From a virus: 64,000 nucleotides of DNA. Made by a program: the position numbers and the translations under genes. The stretch lies in the IMG/VR virus record IMGVR_UViG_3300032102_000006; one strand, given 5' to 3'. Each line of letters opens with the position of its first letter. Position 1 is the first letter of the stretch. Positions 1 to 9,919 of the stretch are shown here, piece after piece. The notes under the pieces are model-generated. The model saw only the letters and a program-made list of their open reading frames with translations, searched no databases and was not told the DNA's origin.

Positions 1-130
1 TTTCAGCATCATACTTTTCCAAGTGCTTTTCAATTCGATCGCACATGTCGTCATTGCATTCGCAAGCTAGCTTAATGCGAACATCGTGCTTTTGTTGTAG
101 TGTTTCTATGTATTCAAATAGAGTTTTCAT
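1..130 (-). CDS. Partial ORF (5' part; runs off window), probable virion/internal head protein
   Basis: Read manually: ATG at 130, GGAGA SD, TAAATA at 148-153; MKTLFEYIETLQQKHDVRIKLACEC... Confidence 0.7.
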   Translation of the reverse strand, partial: MKTLFEYIETLQQKHDVRIKLACECNDDMCDRIEKHLEKYDAE

Positions 131-160
131 TGTGTTCTCCGATACATTATTTATCTGTGT

Positions 161-676
161 TTAATGCTTCTTTAAGTTTTGGTTGATTAAGTTAAGAATA
201 GCATTACGGTCGGTACTTAACTCACCCGGCTTGTTATCGTCTGCGGCTTCTTCTTTGCCCAAATCTTTTTGTAATCTTGCTAGTTTTAACTGTAGTTCAA
301 CCATTTTTAGCTTTTTATCTAGTTTGGTTGTTTTTGCTGTTATAGCATTGTTCATCATTGTGCTGGCAACTTCAAATATTTTGCCGGCATTGCGGTCATC
401 TACGTTAAATCCTAAATCCATTAAACGCTCAAATGTATCCATTGCTTTATTAGCATAGTCGTCTAAGTCCCTGTCCTCTGTTTCTAGTCCACGAACTTGC
501 GGTAGTGCTTCATCTATTTTAGTTGCTACACTTAGTTGATCTTTAATCTTTGTCAGTGTGTCCGGCATTGGCACTAGCTCAGTTGCAGCTAAGGGCAACT
601 GGTCTTCATTTGTGCTTTCACTACGATCCGGTTCCGCCGAATCTAAGTTAAAAAATTCTTCTAGTTTCTTTGTCAT
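161..676 (-). CDS. Hypothetical helical protein; possible small terminase subunit
   Basis: 171-aa coiled-coil-rich ORF coupled to gp4-like gene; function inferred from size and position only. Confidence 0.4.
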   Translation of the reverse strand: MTKKLEEFFNLDSAEPDRSESTNEDQLPLAATELVPMPDTLTKIKDQLSVATKIDEALPQVRGLETEDRDLDDYANKAMDTFERLMDLGFNVDDRNAGKIFEVASTMMNNAITAKTTKLDKKLKMVELQLKLARLQKDLGKEEAADDNKPGELSTDRNAILNLINQNLKKH

Positions 677-1140
677 TTTCTTGCTCGCTTTTGTTTAGGT
701 TTGCTTCTCGGTTGCCAATTTCGGTAAATATCTTCTTCTGTAAGTATTCTAAACTTCATCCCGTGTCGTTGGCACCAAGCTCTACATGCTTCCCATTTAG
801 CCATATTTAATACAACTGCGGCTTTTTCTTGTTGGCTTTTTGCTAGCTCTAGTACTGCTTGAGTTTTTGGTTTTACTTCAATAATTTCACTAATCTTATT
901 ACCATTCTTATCTTGATAACTTATCAAGAAGTCTGGATAGTAAGTAGTATCTTTACCTGTAAAAGGATTACGATAAGGGATGCGTAAACATTCGCTTGCC
1001 CAGCCGATAACTGCCGGGTGTGTGTCGCAAAATCTCATAACTGTCAATTCCCAGCCGCTGCGATACTTAGGCTGGTTGTTACCGATATACTTACTAGGGT
1101 TTAGGGGCGTAAAATAACCCTGTGTATAGTTATTAGCCAT
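673..1140 (-). CDS. gp4: Head completion nuclease (T4 gp4-like, TnsA-N/PD-(D/E)xK fold)
   Basis: YRSGWE...WASE...IPY.NP...Y.PDF...EVKP motifs typical of T4 gp4. Confidence 0.85.
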   Translation of the reverse strand: MANNYTQGYFTPLNPSKYIGNNQPKYRSGWELTVMRFCDTHPAVIGWASECLRIPYRNPFTGKDTTYYPDFLISYQDKNGNKISEIIEVKPKTQAVLELAKSQQEKAAVVLNMAKWEACRAWCQRHGMKFRILTEEDIYRNWQPRSKPKQKRARK

Positions 1141-1418
1141 TATACCACCTGTTGTAATATTGCAGGAGGAATATTGCTAGAATCTACAAAGCCCAATTGA
1201 CTACTATTAGTCCTTGCTTGGTTTAATTGATTGTATACTTCGTTTTCAAATCTCATGCCATTAGCATCTACTTGCTTTAACAATACATTAATATCAATGC
1301 CAAGTGTTGTACTAATGTCGATTAATGTTTTTGCTAGCACACGAGCTTTGTCGATATGAAGCCCTACTGTTAATAACCTGCCATATACTTGATCGAATTT
1401 AACTGTTTCTAATGTCAT
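1140..1418 (-). CDS. Hypothetical protein
   Basis: 92-aa ORF overlapping both neighbours in the late operon. Confidence 0.7.
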   Translation of the reverse strand: MTLETVKFDQVYGRLLTVGLHIDKARVLAKTLIDISTTLGIDINVLLKQVDANGMRFENEVYNQLNQARTNSSQLGFVDSSNIPPAILQQVV

Positions 1419-2098
1419 CCTGCAAAGTCTCCCAAGCTCTTAGTATAATTTAATTCTTGCTGTGTGCGCTTTTCACCAGGTGCCGGGGTTGCGTCTTCAT
1501 CATAGGTAACACTTTCGTAACGTAGACTTAATTGCCATGTTATAGCTTCGCTTGCACTATAATCCAGCGTGTCGTGTTGGACATCAACTATCTTAGGACG
1601 CCATAGTGTTATTTTGCTCTTATTTTGTAGCTCATTAACATCTGCATCTGCCCCGTAGAAGCGAGTAATTTCTATCTTGTCTATCGGACAATCTTTATTT
1701 GTATCTAGTAGCTTAAGACCGAAATCGTCAAATCCTGTTCTTACACTCTTATCTAATTTAGCAAAACTTCCGCTAATAATTCCCATATAAGCTGTTATGA
1801 ACTTTTGGAATCTGTTGTCTAGTGTATCGTTAAAAGAAATGCTAATAGGTTCAAATATAATTTTAGTCGGCACAAGTTGTCTTACATTGTAAGAGTTTGC
1901 AACTTCTGTTTCAATTGTGTATTTCGGTAATTCGATTGTTCTAATCGAATCAAATATAAGACGAGCAGGAGCTGAAGCTCCTCCTAATTTTTCAGTATAT
2001 CCACTGCTAAAAAATTCAACTTTAAAATGATACTTTAGGCGGGCAGCTTTTTGCCCGCCTAAACTGTACCACTTCATAGCGTCAGTTAATGCCGCCAT
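1415..2098 (-). CDS. Tail-tube-like protein (gp19/gp54-type paralog)
   Basis: IELPKY..E.....YN......TKI.FEPISISF.D tube-fold pattern; directly after the tail tube gene. Confidence 0.7.
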   Translation of the reverse strand: MAALTDAMKWYSLGGQKAARLKYHFKVEFFSSGYTEKLGGASAPARLIFDSIRTIELPKYTIETEVANSYNVRQLVPTKIIFEPISISFNDTLDNRFQKFITAYMGIISGSFAKLDKSVRTGFDDFGLKLLDTNKDCPIDKIEITRFYGADADVNELQNKSKITLWRPKIVDVQHDTLDYSASEAITWQLSLRYESVTYDEDATPAPGEKRTQQELNYTKSLGDFAG

Positions 2099-2108
2099 GT
2101 TTTATCCT

Positions 2109-2720
2109 TTATACAGCGTTACCAATTGCGTTGTTACTTAACAAGCCATTAGTCAATGCACCGGATTCAGTAGCCGCTGTTAGTGCTTCGCTATGAATGT
2201 CTGCATTGTCGTAACGAATTTGTAAAGTAATTTGCATTACATCGCTTGTAGCATAGTTGTTTTCGCCATAGTTTACGTTCTGGATAAAGCAACCGTTTAA
2301 GCTCCAAGTTTCTAATACAACACCTGGTTGGCTACCGTCTAGCTGTTCAATAACTAAGCCAAACTTGTAGTCAGTTGCTGCTGCTGGAGCACTTTGGCGA
2401 CCATGGTTCAATTGCTTTTGTAATTGACTTGCAACATGACGGTTAACCGCGTTGTTCATATCATCACGTAGAGTAATTGTAATAGGCTCCCATGTGTGCT
2501 TGCCTGCAATATATGCACGACTATTGTAAGCATCTAATGTTACTTCGTCGTGTGTTAAACTTGGGCGAGTAACGCTGACTACGTTTTGTGTAAAGTCAGT
2601 TGTGCTGCCGCTGTTTAGTCCAAAGCCATACATGTTGACTCTGAATCTATACTGGAGCTTTGGCATAACCATTGCGTTTGTGCCTGTTGTTGGAACTCCA
2701 AATTGTGTTAAATCTGCCAT
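2109..2720 (-). CDS. gp19: Tail tube protein
   Basis: PKLQYRFRV...VTRP.L.......YNSR.Y.AGK.TW.PIT.TLRDD; follows sheath; strong SD. Confidence 0.9.
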   Translation of the reverse strand: MADLTQFGVPTTGTNAMVMPKLQYRFRVNMYGFGLNSGSTTDFTQNVVSVTRPSLTHDEVTLDAYNSRAYIAGKHTWEPITITLRDDMNNAVNRHVASQLQKQLNHGRQSAPAAATDYKFGLVIEQLDGSQPGVVLETWSLNGCFIQNVNYGENNYATSDVMQITLQIRYDNADIHSEALTAATESGALTNGLLSNNAIGNAV

Positions 2721-2749
2721 TATCTTATTCTCCTTCGGCTATGTATTTA

Positions 2750-5155
2750 TCAAGCTGACAACTCGCCGGTATTAACCACGCGGATCGGAATGTAGATAAA
2801 TTCAGCAGACTTAACTGGCTCAATAGCTACGTCGATCCAAAGTTCATTACGGTCGATTCTGGCAGGGGTGTTGTTTGTTTCATCGCAAACAACAATAAAG
2901 TCATAGATAGCACGTTTAGATAACAAGTCGCCCAAGAAGCCATCAAATACTTGTTTAGCATTAGCACGAGTGATTTGGTCGTTTGGTTCAAAGATGAATG
3001 GACGAGCCAATGGATCAAAACGTTCACGTAAGTATGCAATCAAACGACTTACGTTAATTCTATCCAATGCACTTGCATGGCTTTGTAGTGTACGTTGACC
3101 AAAGACAAATAAACCTTGTCCTGGGAAACGTGCAATTGGGTTAATACCAACTCGGCTACCGTCACCGTATAGTGTATCGCGTTGTCCGTTAGTTAATGCT
3201 ACTGGAACAAATTCACCTTCTGCATTGATATAACCAACGTTAGTTGCGTTTGTAACAACACCACGAGTTAAACCAGCAGGAGCAAACCAAGGATAAGCCA
3301 CTTGGTCGTTATAAGCCATGGTACGTAGAACAATGTGACTTGCAGGAACAACAACGTCGTTACCGCTTAGGTCGCTTGTAATACCACTTGGGTAGTAAGC
3401 TGCTGCTGTATTAGTACTTGTAATAAGACCAGCTTCGCCGTTAACAACTGCATTGTTGCCACTCATCCAGTCTAATAAAGTCTGTGCTTGAGGTGCTAAA
3501 CGGAATGGAGTATCTACAACAATGAATGCAGTTTCTTTACGATCTGTATTCAATGCTACCATTTCGTCTAATAGTTCAGGGTATGCAGGAGCTGCAATCA
3601 ATGTGAAGTAAGTCATTTCTTCACGGATCTGTGTGTTTTCATTTACAACTGCTTGCATTGCTCGAACAACTGCTTGACGCTGTGCTTTACGTAAAGAGAA
3701 AGGGCGTCCGTCTGCTTGGTTACCGCTGTATGTATTCCATACGCCTGTTGTTGCGTTATATTGTTTAACGTTGCCTGTAGAAACAACTGCGTTCCATAGC
3801 AACATTCCATCTGGATATAACAATGGATCAGGTGCTTCGCTGTCAACAGGAGTAGCGCCGCCTGTGCCATTTGTTGTATCTGCTGCTGTGCTAGTCAAGT
3901 CAGCAAACACTACGCCGTTAGGAGTTGTTTGATCTGCCGTATCACGAGCTGCCCATACTGTACCATCAAATTGATAAATGTAAGGATAGTTTTCTAAATC
4001 ACTGCTGTCAACCCAAACATCGCCCGCTGTTGGGCTAGTAGGTTCTGTAGAATCGATAGTAACTAGTCCGCTAACTGGTTCCCATTGACCGTTAGCTTTT
4101 ACATACAAATCTGCATGCAATACGCTGTTATACCATAATGTACCATTAGCTGTTGCACCAACTGGAGCATCTGCACTAGCTTGTTCATTTAATGCTGCCC
4201 ATGCAGTACCATCAAAATAACGTAGCTCAACGTTGGCTATAGTAGCTGCAACTTTAGCATAAATCTTACCTGCTGTTAGTGCGCTTCCAAACCCAGCTGT
4301 AGCTGCTGCATCGCTAGCATAGCTAGATACATTTTGTGCAACCCACGGGCTGCTAGAAGGTACGTTAGCACTTACATATTTTTTAACATTAACACTTAAG
4401 CCTGAATTTGGACTTGTTGTCTTAACCCAAACATCACCGACTGCTGTTGCAGTTGGGATTGTATAGTGCGGGCTAGCAAATACTTCTTTACCTAGACCAG
4501 CGTTAGAAACAATTGTCCATGTACCGCTTACTTTTTTGTATAGTTGATAACTTGCAACAACAGAAGTAGCAACAACTGCATAATCTGTTGTAATATCGTT
4601 GCCGCCAATAGTACCTAGCGGCACTAGACCAGAACCTGCAACTGTATCAGTTAGTTCAGTAATAACTGTAACTGCCTTAGCAACCCAGTTAGCTGTACCT
4701 GTAGCTGTAGCTTCAAAAACACCCCATGAGGATGCAGCTAAATCTAACCAGTATGTACCATTAGCAGGGGCTCCTGCTGGTTCTGCAATACTTGGTTCTA
4801 GTTGTGCTAGGTCAATATCAGCACGTAAAACATAAGCACGATTAGCTAGACCTAAGTAGCTGTAAGCTGCTAAAAGTCCATATTCGTTTGTTTCAGCGCC
4901 ATGGATAGGTGTACCATCAATTGTTTTAAACTGTGGTTGACCGAAAATTTCAACAAGCTCTCGTTGGCTTGTTAACAAGTAAGGTTTACCAGCATTGGCA
5001 GGAATAGTTCCTTGCGCATAACCGGTACCACTTAGATTTGTTTTGTTTGTTTGTGTAGCTAGGATGATTAACGGGACTGTGCCTTGTCCGGCACCGCCAT
5101 ATTGGCTGTCGTCTGTTACGCTAACTGCTACGCCTGGGGATACTAATGTAGCCAT
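2750..5155 (-). CDS. gp18: Contractile tail sheath protein with large inserted decoration domain
   Basis: N-term SPGVAVSVTD; C-term WFAPAG.TRG, GINPI, G.RT, RINV.RL, FEPND, RIDRNEL..D.AIEP.K.AEFIYI. Confidence 0.95.
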   Translation of the reverse strand: MATLVSPGVAVSVTDDSQYGGAGQGTVPLIILATQTNKTNLSGTGYAQGTIPANAGKPYLLTSQRELVEIFGQPQFKTIDGTPIHGAETNEYGLLAAYSYLGLANRAYVLRADIDLAQLEPSIAEPAGAPANGTYWLDLAASSWGVFEATATGTANWVAKAVTVITELTDTVAGSGLVPLGTIGGNDITTDYAVVATSVVASYQLYKKVSGTWTIVSNAGLGKEVFASPHYTIPTATAVGDVWVKTTSPNSGLSVNVKKYVSANVPSSSPWVAQNVSSYASDAAATAGFGSALTAGKIYAKVAATIANVELRYFDGTAWAALNEQASADAPVGATANGTLWYNSVLHADLYVKANGQWEPVSGLVTIDSTEPTSPTAGDVWVDSSDLENYPYIYQFDGTVWAARDTADQTTPNGVVFADLTSTAADTTNGTGGATPVDSEAPDPLLYPDGMLLWNAVVSTGNVKQYNATTGVWNTYSGNQADGRPFSLRKAQRQAVVRAMQAVVNENTQIREEMTYFTLIAAPAYPELLDEMVALNTDRKETAFIVVDTPFRLAPQAQTLLDWMSGNNAVVNGEAGLITSTNTAAAYYPSGITSDLSGNDVVVPASHIVLRTMAYNDQVAYPWFAPAGLTRGVVTNATNVGYINAEGEFVPVALTNGQRDTLYGDGSRVGINPIARFPGQGLFVFGQRTLQSHASALDRINVSRLIAYLRERFDPLARPFIFEPNDQITRANAKQVFDGFLGDLLSKRAIYDFIVVCDETNNTPARIDRNELWIDVAIEPVKSAEFIYIPIRVVNTGELSA

Positions 5156-5261
5156 CTTGGTCTCCTTATTATACTACTATTTAGTAGTTTTTGGAGAAAT
5201 GATGGCTATTTAGTCAAATAGCTATTTTTTTGGTTTTAGCCTGCACCAATAAAGCCCCGAG

Positions 5262-5783
5262 TTAATGTTGGGCTATCAAACGTGTTACTAGTTCTCGGGT
5301 ATTTCGCTGTAGATCTGCTAGTGTGCCGTTGTTATCAATAACATAATCAGCCATCCAAATTTCCAAGCTCATACTAGACTTGTCCTCTTGTGGCAAATGG
5401 TCACTACGATCTACCCAAATGGCATAGTCAAATACACCCGTATTTCGCATAGCATGAAACTCGGCTTTGTTACGAAGTCCGCAGTAGATCTCGTTCTCTG
5501 CAAAGATTTCTCGGCCTAGCCGAGCATAGTCATCTCGGCAGTATTCATGGATCATGTCATACCATTCTGCACGATGGTTATGCCTATCTTCAAAACACTC
5601 GGCATAGGTTTTATAACCGTACTGCTCTTTAAGAGCTGCATAGATAAACTTTTCTGCGCAAAAGTCCGAGCTAGAGCGAAAGTTGTAACCAAACTCCTGC
5701 TTTAAGATATCACAGACAGTGTCTTTGCCGTGACGAGCATTACCTATTACTAATAGTTTGGGTAAGGTTTTCTTATCAGTCAT
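5262..5783 (-). CDS. Deoxynucleoside monophosphate kinase-like P-loop protein
   Basis: IGNARHGKDT P-loop, C-term DY.IDNNGTL.DL; start set at ATG 5783 (ATGA overlap). Confidence 0.75.
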   Translation of the reverse strand: MTDKKTLPKLLVIGNARHGKDTVCDILKQEFGYNFRSSSDFCAEKFIYAALKEQYGYKTYAECFEDRHNHRAEWYDMIHEYCRDDYARLGREIFAENEIYCGLRNKAEFHAMRNTGVFDYAIWVDRSDHLPQEDKSSMSLEIWMADYVIDNNGTLADLQRNTRELVTRLIAQH

Positions 5784-6268
5784 TTTAGTGTTTCCTCTAA
5801 CCAAGCACGGCATTCAGGCCAGTTTTTGTAAATGTGAGCAAGTCCGCCTTGGCGTTGCCATTCTTCACAGTTACTAATCCTGTCGTCGATTAAGATATCG
5901 CCAGGTTTACAGTGGCGCCATTTGTCATGACTAAAAGGTCCAATGAATACAGGGATGCCAGGAAAGTGATCATTAGCCCACCATACTTTATCTTGAGGTG
6001 CATAGGGTACACTATAGTCATGGGGGATAGCAGTTAAGAATGCCAAACTTTCTGCGCGGCCTGTACTAACTAGGTTTCGGCAGTATTCTACTAAATCTCG
6101 TGCGCCTGGTTTTAAGGGCAAGTTTCGATAAAAGCGTTGGTCGTCTTTGAGTTTGTTCCACTCGTGTTGGGGAATACGAGCGCCTTGTGCCCACTGTTTG
6201 CCCAAAACAGTATGTGCTTGGGTCAACCAATCGGCAACAACATCATCTAGGTCCAGATATATTTTCAT
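5780..6268 (-). CDS. 5'(3')-deoxyribonucleotidase, HAD/NT5C family
   Basis: IYLDLDDVVAD (HAD motif I), FLTA, K, DILIDD..N..EW. Confidence 0.85.
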   Translation of the reverse strand: MKIYLDLDDVVADWLTQAHTVLGKQWAQGARIPQHEWNKLKDDQRFYRNLPLKPGARDLVEYCRNLVSTGRAESLAFLTAIPHDYSVPYAPQDKVWWANDHFPGIPVFIGPFSHDKWRHCKPGDILIDDRISNCEEWQRQGGLAHIYKNWPECRAWLEETLK

Positions 6269-6285
6269 TTAAATTCCTTTTTTTT

Positions 6286-6314
6286 ATTATATAAAAAAAA
6301 TATAAAATTGTCAA
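6286..6314 (-). promoter_or_regulatory. Sigma70-type early promoter
   Basis: TTGACA-N17-TATAAT upstream of 6268 ATG. Confidence 0.8.
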
Positions 6315-6393
6315 TATAAATGGATAAATAAAAATGTACCTCGCGGTAGTGGAATACCCAGGTACTCTAATAGTTTCAAAGGAACTTATCAGC

Positions 6394-7110
6394 ATGATTA
6401 CTTATCTTTATGTAAAGATTCACAACGTCACCGGCCTAAAATATTTGGGCAAAACTACATCAACAGATCCTCATAAATATCCAGGTTCCGGAAAATACTG
6501 GAAAAATCATCTCTATAAACACGGGTTTGATTATACCACAGAAATTCTTAAGGAATGCGAGACCGCCGAAGAAGTAAAAATATGGGGCAAATATTATTCA
6601 GAGTTGTGGAACGTCACCAAATCCAACGAATGGGCTAATCTAAAACCAGAAAACGGAGATGGAGGGTTCTCCGGATCTAGATGGTATAACAATGGAGTTG
6701 TTAGTTCACTATCTTATGCACATCCAGGTGATGGATGGGTCCTAGGACGTTTACAAGTCCCTATCAATACAGGAAAAAGGTATTATCATAACCACAAAGA
6801 ACAGGTATTAACAAGAGTACATCCGGGCAATGATTGGTTAGAAGGGATGCTTCCTGATATTATTAAAAATAGAAGGACTACAAAGGGTCAAAAGCGCACC
6901 GCAGAACACCGAAAAAATAACTCAGATGCCCAGAGAAAAAGAGCAAAGAAATATTCGTTTAATCACAAAGTACATGGCACTTTTATATGTTCTATCAGAG
7001 AATTATTAGAATCATTCACAGATCAAAAATTAAACAAAGTAGAATTGTGGAAACTAACAGATGGACAATTTAAAAATGGTTACAAAGGATGGACTGTGGT
7101 GACCGATTAG
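6394..7110 (+). CDS. Free-standing GIY-YIG homing endonuclease
   Basis: YLY.K.H..TGLKYLGKT...Y.GSG..W...L..E....N; NUMOD3-like KR..EHRK; WYNNG modules; antisense to flanking genes; start at ATG 6394. Confidence 0.85.
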   Translation: MITYLYVKIHNVTGLKYLGKTTSTDPHKYPGSGKYWKNHLYKHGFDYTTEILKECETAEEVKIWGKYYSELWNVTKSNEWANLKPENGDGGFSGSRWYNNGVVSSLSYAHPGDGWVLGRLQVPINTGKRYYHNHKEQVLTRVHPGNDWLEGMLPDIIKNRRTTKGQKRTAEHRKNNSDAQRKRAKKYSFNHKVHGTFICSIRELLESFTDQKLNKVELWKLTDGQFKNGYKGWTVVTD

Positions 7111-7111
7111 T

Positions 7112-7414
7112 TTAGCTCTTAGGCATGGGATTTTCGCCAGTTAGTCCTTTTCTGGCGAACCAAAGACGAAACCATTCATCTGTTCCGGGCTTGATATCGT
7201 TTTCTCGTTGATACTTACCCTTGTCTAGAACGTTTTCTTGGTATGCTTCAGCAGTGGCTGTACAAGGTGCTTGCATGAGATTGAGCGAATCTATACCCGC
7301 TAGTTTTTTTAACTCTGCTAGGTCTTTTGGATCAACATAAGCATCAGGGATAGTAGGATCATCCCCCGGTAGTCTAAACGTTTCGCTGGTTATTCTAAAT
7401 TGCCTGTGTGTCAT
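7112..7414 (-). CDS. Hypothetical protein with LKKLAGI motif
   Basis: 100-aa ORF co-transcribed with gp13. Confidence 0.7.
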   Translation of the reverse strand: MTHRQFRITSETFRLPGDDPTIPDAYVDPKDLAELKKLAGIDSLNLMQAPCTATAEAYQENVLDKGKYQRENDIKPGTDEWFRLWFARKGLTGENPMPKS

Positions 7415-7415
7415 A

Positions 7416-8162
7416 TTATCCTATGATAAATCCGTAAGGTGTGCCACCTTCTGTGAATAACTTCAAATCTTCTTCCAGCCTGTCTAGATCACTTTGTGCT
7501 TCCGCTTTTAGCGCATCACCGTTTAGGCTAGTGCCGCCTTGGGGACCTGCAATACTAGCAAACTTGCTACGTGCTTCACCTAACATAAACTTAGCACGAG
7601 CAAAGGCATAGTCTCGTAGCCAAGGACTGGCATAAGGATCCAATAGCAAATCTTCGTCGTCTCGCTCAACCCACGCCCAGACAATAACAGTGTCGTCTCC
7701 GCGAAATTTTCTGTGTATGAATATTGTTTTGTCGTTTTGCCTGAAATCAAATGTTACATACCCGCCAAACATACGTGCTAGCAATTCTCTACGGTCTGCG
7801 TAGAGCTCGTAATTTAACAAACCAGAGAAATTGTTGCTGTTTTGTAGCAACATGTTATTCAAATACATCGTATTAAATGGTTCAAAATCTACGCCAGAGC
7901 CACTAGTACCAGCTGTACCTGTTTGTCTTAATAAAACATCGCGGACTAATACCACGTTTAATGGTAGCTGATATAACTGTTGTTCTTCTTTAATTTCTAA
8001 CGGAATATAACGTTCCTGTGTTCCGCGCTGGCTACGTTGTCTATATTTACGTAATGCAGAATTGATAGCGAGATCGTAGTGTGCAGAATCTAGCTCTACA
8101 TCAACCATGCCTCCGCCTAGCCTAAGTTCTATGTCTTTAATAATGTCGTCACGAATACTCAT
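7416..8162 (-). CDS. gp13: Neck / head-tail adaptor protein (gp13-like)
   Basis: LGGGMVDVELD..HY..AI..AL..Y; W..DY..A..K..LG..RSKF..I.GP.GG..LNG. Confidence 0.85.
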   Translation of the reverse strand: MSIRDDIIKDIELRLGGGMVDVELDSAHYDLAINSALRKYRQRSQRGTQERYIPLEIKEEQQLYQLPLNVVLVRDVLLRQTGTAGTSGSGVDFEPFNTMYLNNMLLQNSNNFSGLLNYELYADRRELLARMFGGYVTFDFRQNDKTIFIHRKFRGDDTVIVWAWVERDDEDLLLDPYASPWLRDYAFARAKFMLGEARSKFASIAGPQGGTSLNGDALKAEAQSDLDRLEEDLKLFTEGGTPYGFIIG

Positions 8163-8165
8163 AAG

Positions 8166-8200
8166 AAAATCTCCCGTTATTGTATTTAGCGGGAGATTTT
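8166..8200 (-). promoter_or_regulatory. Late promoter TAAATA in the loop of an 11-bp hairpin that contains the gp13 SD
   Basis: AAAATCTCCCG (8166-76) / CGGGAGATTTT (8190-8200); TAAATA at 8183-8188 on minus strand. Confidence 0.75.
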
Positions 8201-8216
8201 AGTTTGATACAATTGG

Positions 8217-9413
8217 TTATTTGTATGCTTTCAACAAAATAATGTCTGCACCGATGCGACCGTTGAGTTTAGTTTCCGTGGCACGGATGCCTTTAAACCA
8301 TTTCTTAGCCGCAGGCTTGCCGTTAGCACTAAACTCTTTAAGTTGATCTTTAGGCTTACGCAAGGTCTTTTGTACACTTGCCGCGGCATCAAAACCTACA
8401 ATAGAGCTGTTCTTAACACTTAGCGCACCTGCATACTGGTCCACAATGTAGATTCCCAGCTTTCGGTTCTTAGTGTTGTAAACCCACAGCTCAGTGGCAG
8501 CAAGAATCTGTGTTGGCTCCACACTTTTCAGTTTAAGCTCTGCAAACTCTTTCATGTATTTGAGTTTGCTAACAACCTTTTCAGGTGTTGCTTCCTTCTT
8601 CTTGCGAGGGGCTTTAGCTGCCTTCTTGATGATACCGTAGCTGTTGCAATCTGCAAGAACTTGAGTCCACCACTTGACCATAGCTGTTAGTTGTCGCTTG
8701 CCTAGATGTTTGTAAGCTTCGATCACTTGACTGTCTTTACTTGCGGCAACATCGTTAAACTCTGCAACACGGCGTTCGGCCAATGCTGTAATAGTTTTAA
8801 CATGAGCAGGCTGAACATTAAACTGTGTAAGAAGTTCAACTGCCTTTGGGTCGCCTTTAAATTCTTGGCTAGTAATAAAGTCGTCAAAACGTCCTTCAAT
8901 TTCACCAGCACATTCGGCAGTTTTTTCTGCCAAACGTTCTTGGATGTTAAAGGTTTTCTTTTCTTCTTTGGGCTCTTCGGGCACAAGTTGACTAACAGTG
9001 GTGTTGGCATCTGCTTCTTTAAGCAGTTTAAGCAGGCGGCGTAGTGTGCCGAATCGAAGTTCGAGACCAACACGACCAGCTCGCAAAGCGAAACCAACAG
9101 TCGCGCCTGGCCAAGCATCGCCTCGCTTAATGGCCTGTGCTAGTTTAGCTCGTTTCGGATTACGCTCAAGAAAAACAGAAAGCCACTCTGCACTTTTCTT
9201 TTTGTCTTGTGTATGTGCATACCAGTTAAGTGTGCGCATCAACTGTGTTTGGTATTCGCTAGCAGTCCACGCACGTTGGATTTCAACTGCGGGGTACTGC
9301 GGCTCTTCGCCTACGTATTTGGCGTCTACTTCTCGATAAGCGACAATTTTGGCAGGAGCTTCAAAGCGCCACGCCAGTTTATCATTAGTTTTAGTTGTTC
9401 GTTTTGTTGCCAT
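8217..9413 (-). CDS. Large basic hypothetical protein (early island)
   Basis: 398-aa ORF, Lys-rich, AAGGA SD; no family recognised with confidence. Confidence 0.75.
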   Translation of the reverse strand: MATKRTTKTNDKLAWRFEAPAKIVAYREVDAKYVGEEPQYPAVEIQRAWTASEYQTQLMRTLNWYAHTQDKKKSAEWLSVFLERNPKRAKLAQAIKRGDAWPGATVGFALRAGRVGLELRFGTLRRLLKLLKEADANTTVSQLVPEEPKEEKKTFNIQERLAEKTAECAGEIEGRFDDFITSQEFKGDPKAVELLTQFNVQPAHVKTITALAERRVAEFNDVAASKDSQVIEAYKHLGKRQLTAMVKWWTQVLADCNSYGIIKKAAKAPRKKKEATPEKVVSKLKYMKEFAELKLKSVEPTQILAATELWVYNTKNRKLGIYIVDQYAGALSVKNSSIVGFDAAASVQKTLRKPKDQLKEFSANGKPAAKKWFKGIRATETKLNGRIGADIILLKAYK

Positions 9414-9451
9414 AACTATGTTCCTTAACAGTTATTTTATACTTGCAGGTC

Positions 9452-9862
9452 TTATTCTTCAATAGCTCGACGCAGAATAAGTTCTTGGCGGCTAAATGCT
9501 TCTACTTCCCAAGGACGGTCGAGATAAGCCGTAGTCTTTTTGTATCTACGGCCCGCCCAAATATTAGAGCCGCTAGGACCATACTTTAGTGTACCTTTAG
9601 CCAATTGTTTGACATGCACTAGCTCGTGAGCCAGCGTCATGCCAATTTCCTTAAGGCGGCGGTTGGGTTTGATCACTACCAGATATGCTCCGGTGACCTG
9701 CGTCAAATCCAGTGTAATGCCTTGGTTGTCGTCGCACTCGTCGGCAATACGAATCAACAACGCTTTGGTGCTGTTTTCCAAATTAAGTTGTCGGATCATC
9801 GAAGGCAGAATTGCTTCTACAAACTTACGATTGCGACGACTGCCTTCTACTCGAGTTTCCAT
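9452..9862 (-). CDS. Zincin-like metallopeptidase
   Basis: TLAHELVHVKQ (HExxH) plus PWEVEA third-ligand motif. Confidence 0.8.
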   Translation of the reverse strand: METRVEGSRRNRKFVEAILPSMIRQLNLENSTKALLIRIADECDDNQGITLDLTQVTGAYLVVIKPNRRLKEIGMTLAHELVHVKQLAKGTLKYGPSGSNIWAGRRYKKTTAYLDRPWEVEAFSRQELILRRAIEE

Positions 9863-9890
9863 ATCGTGCCTTAATTGCTACAATACAAGT

Positions 9891-9919
9891 ATTATAGCAG
9901 GTTGCTCAATTTGTGTCAA
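9891..9919 (-). promoter_or_regulatory. Sigma70-type early promoter
   Basis: TTGACA-N17-TATAAT. Confidence 0.85.
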
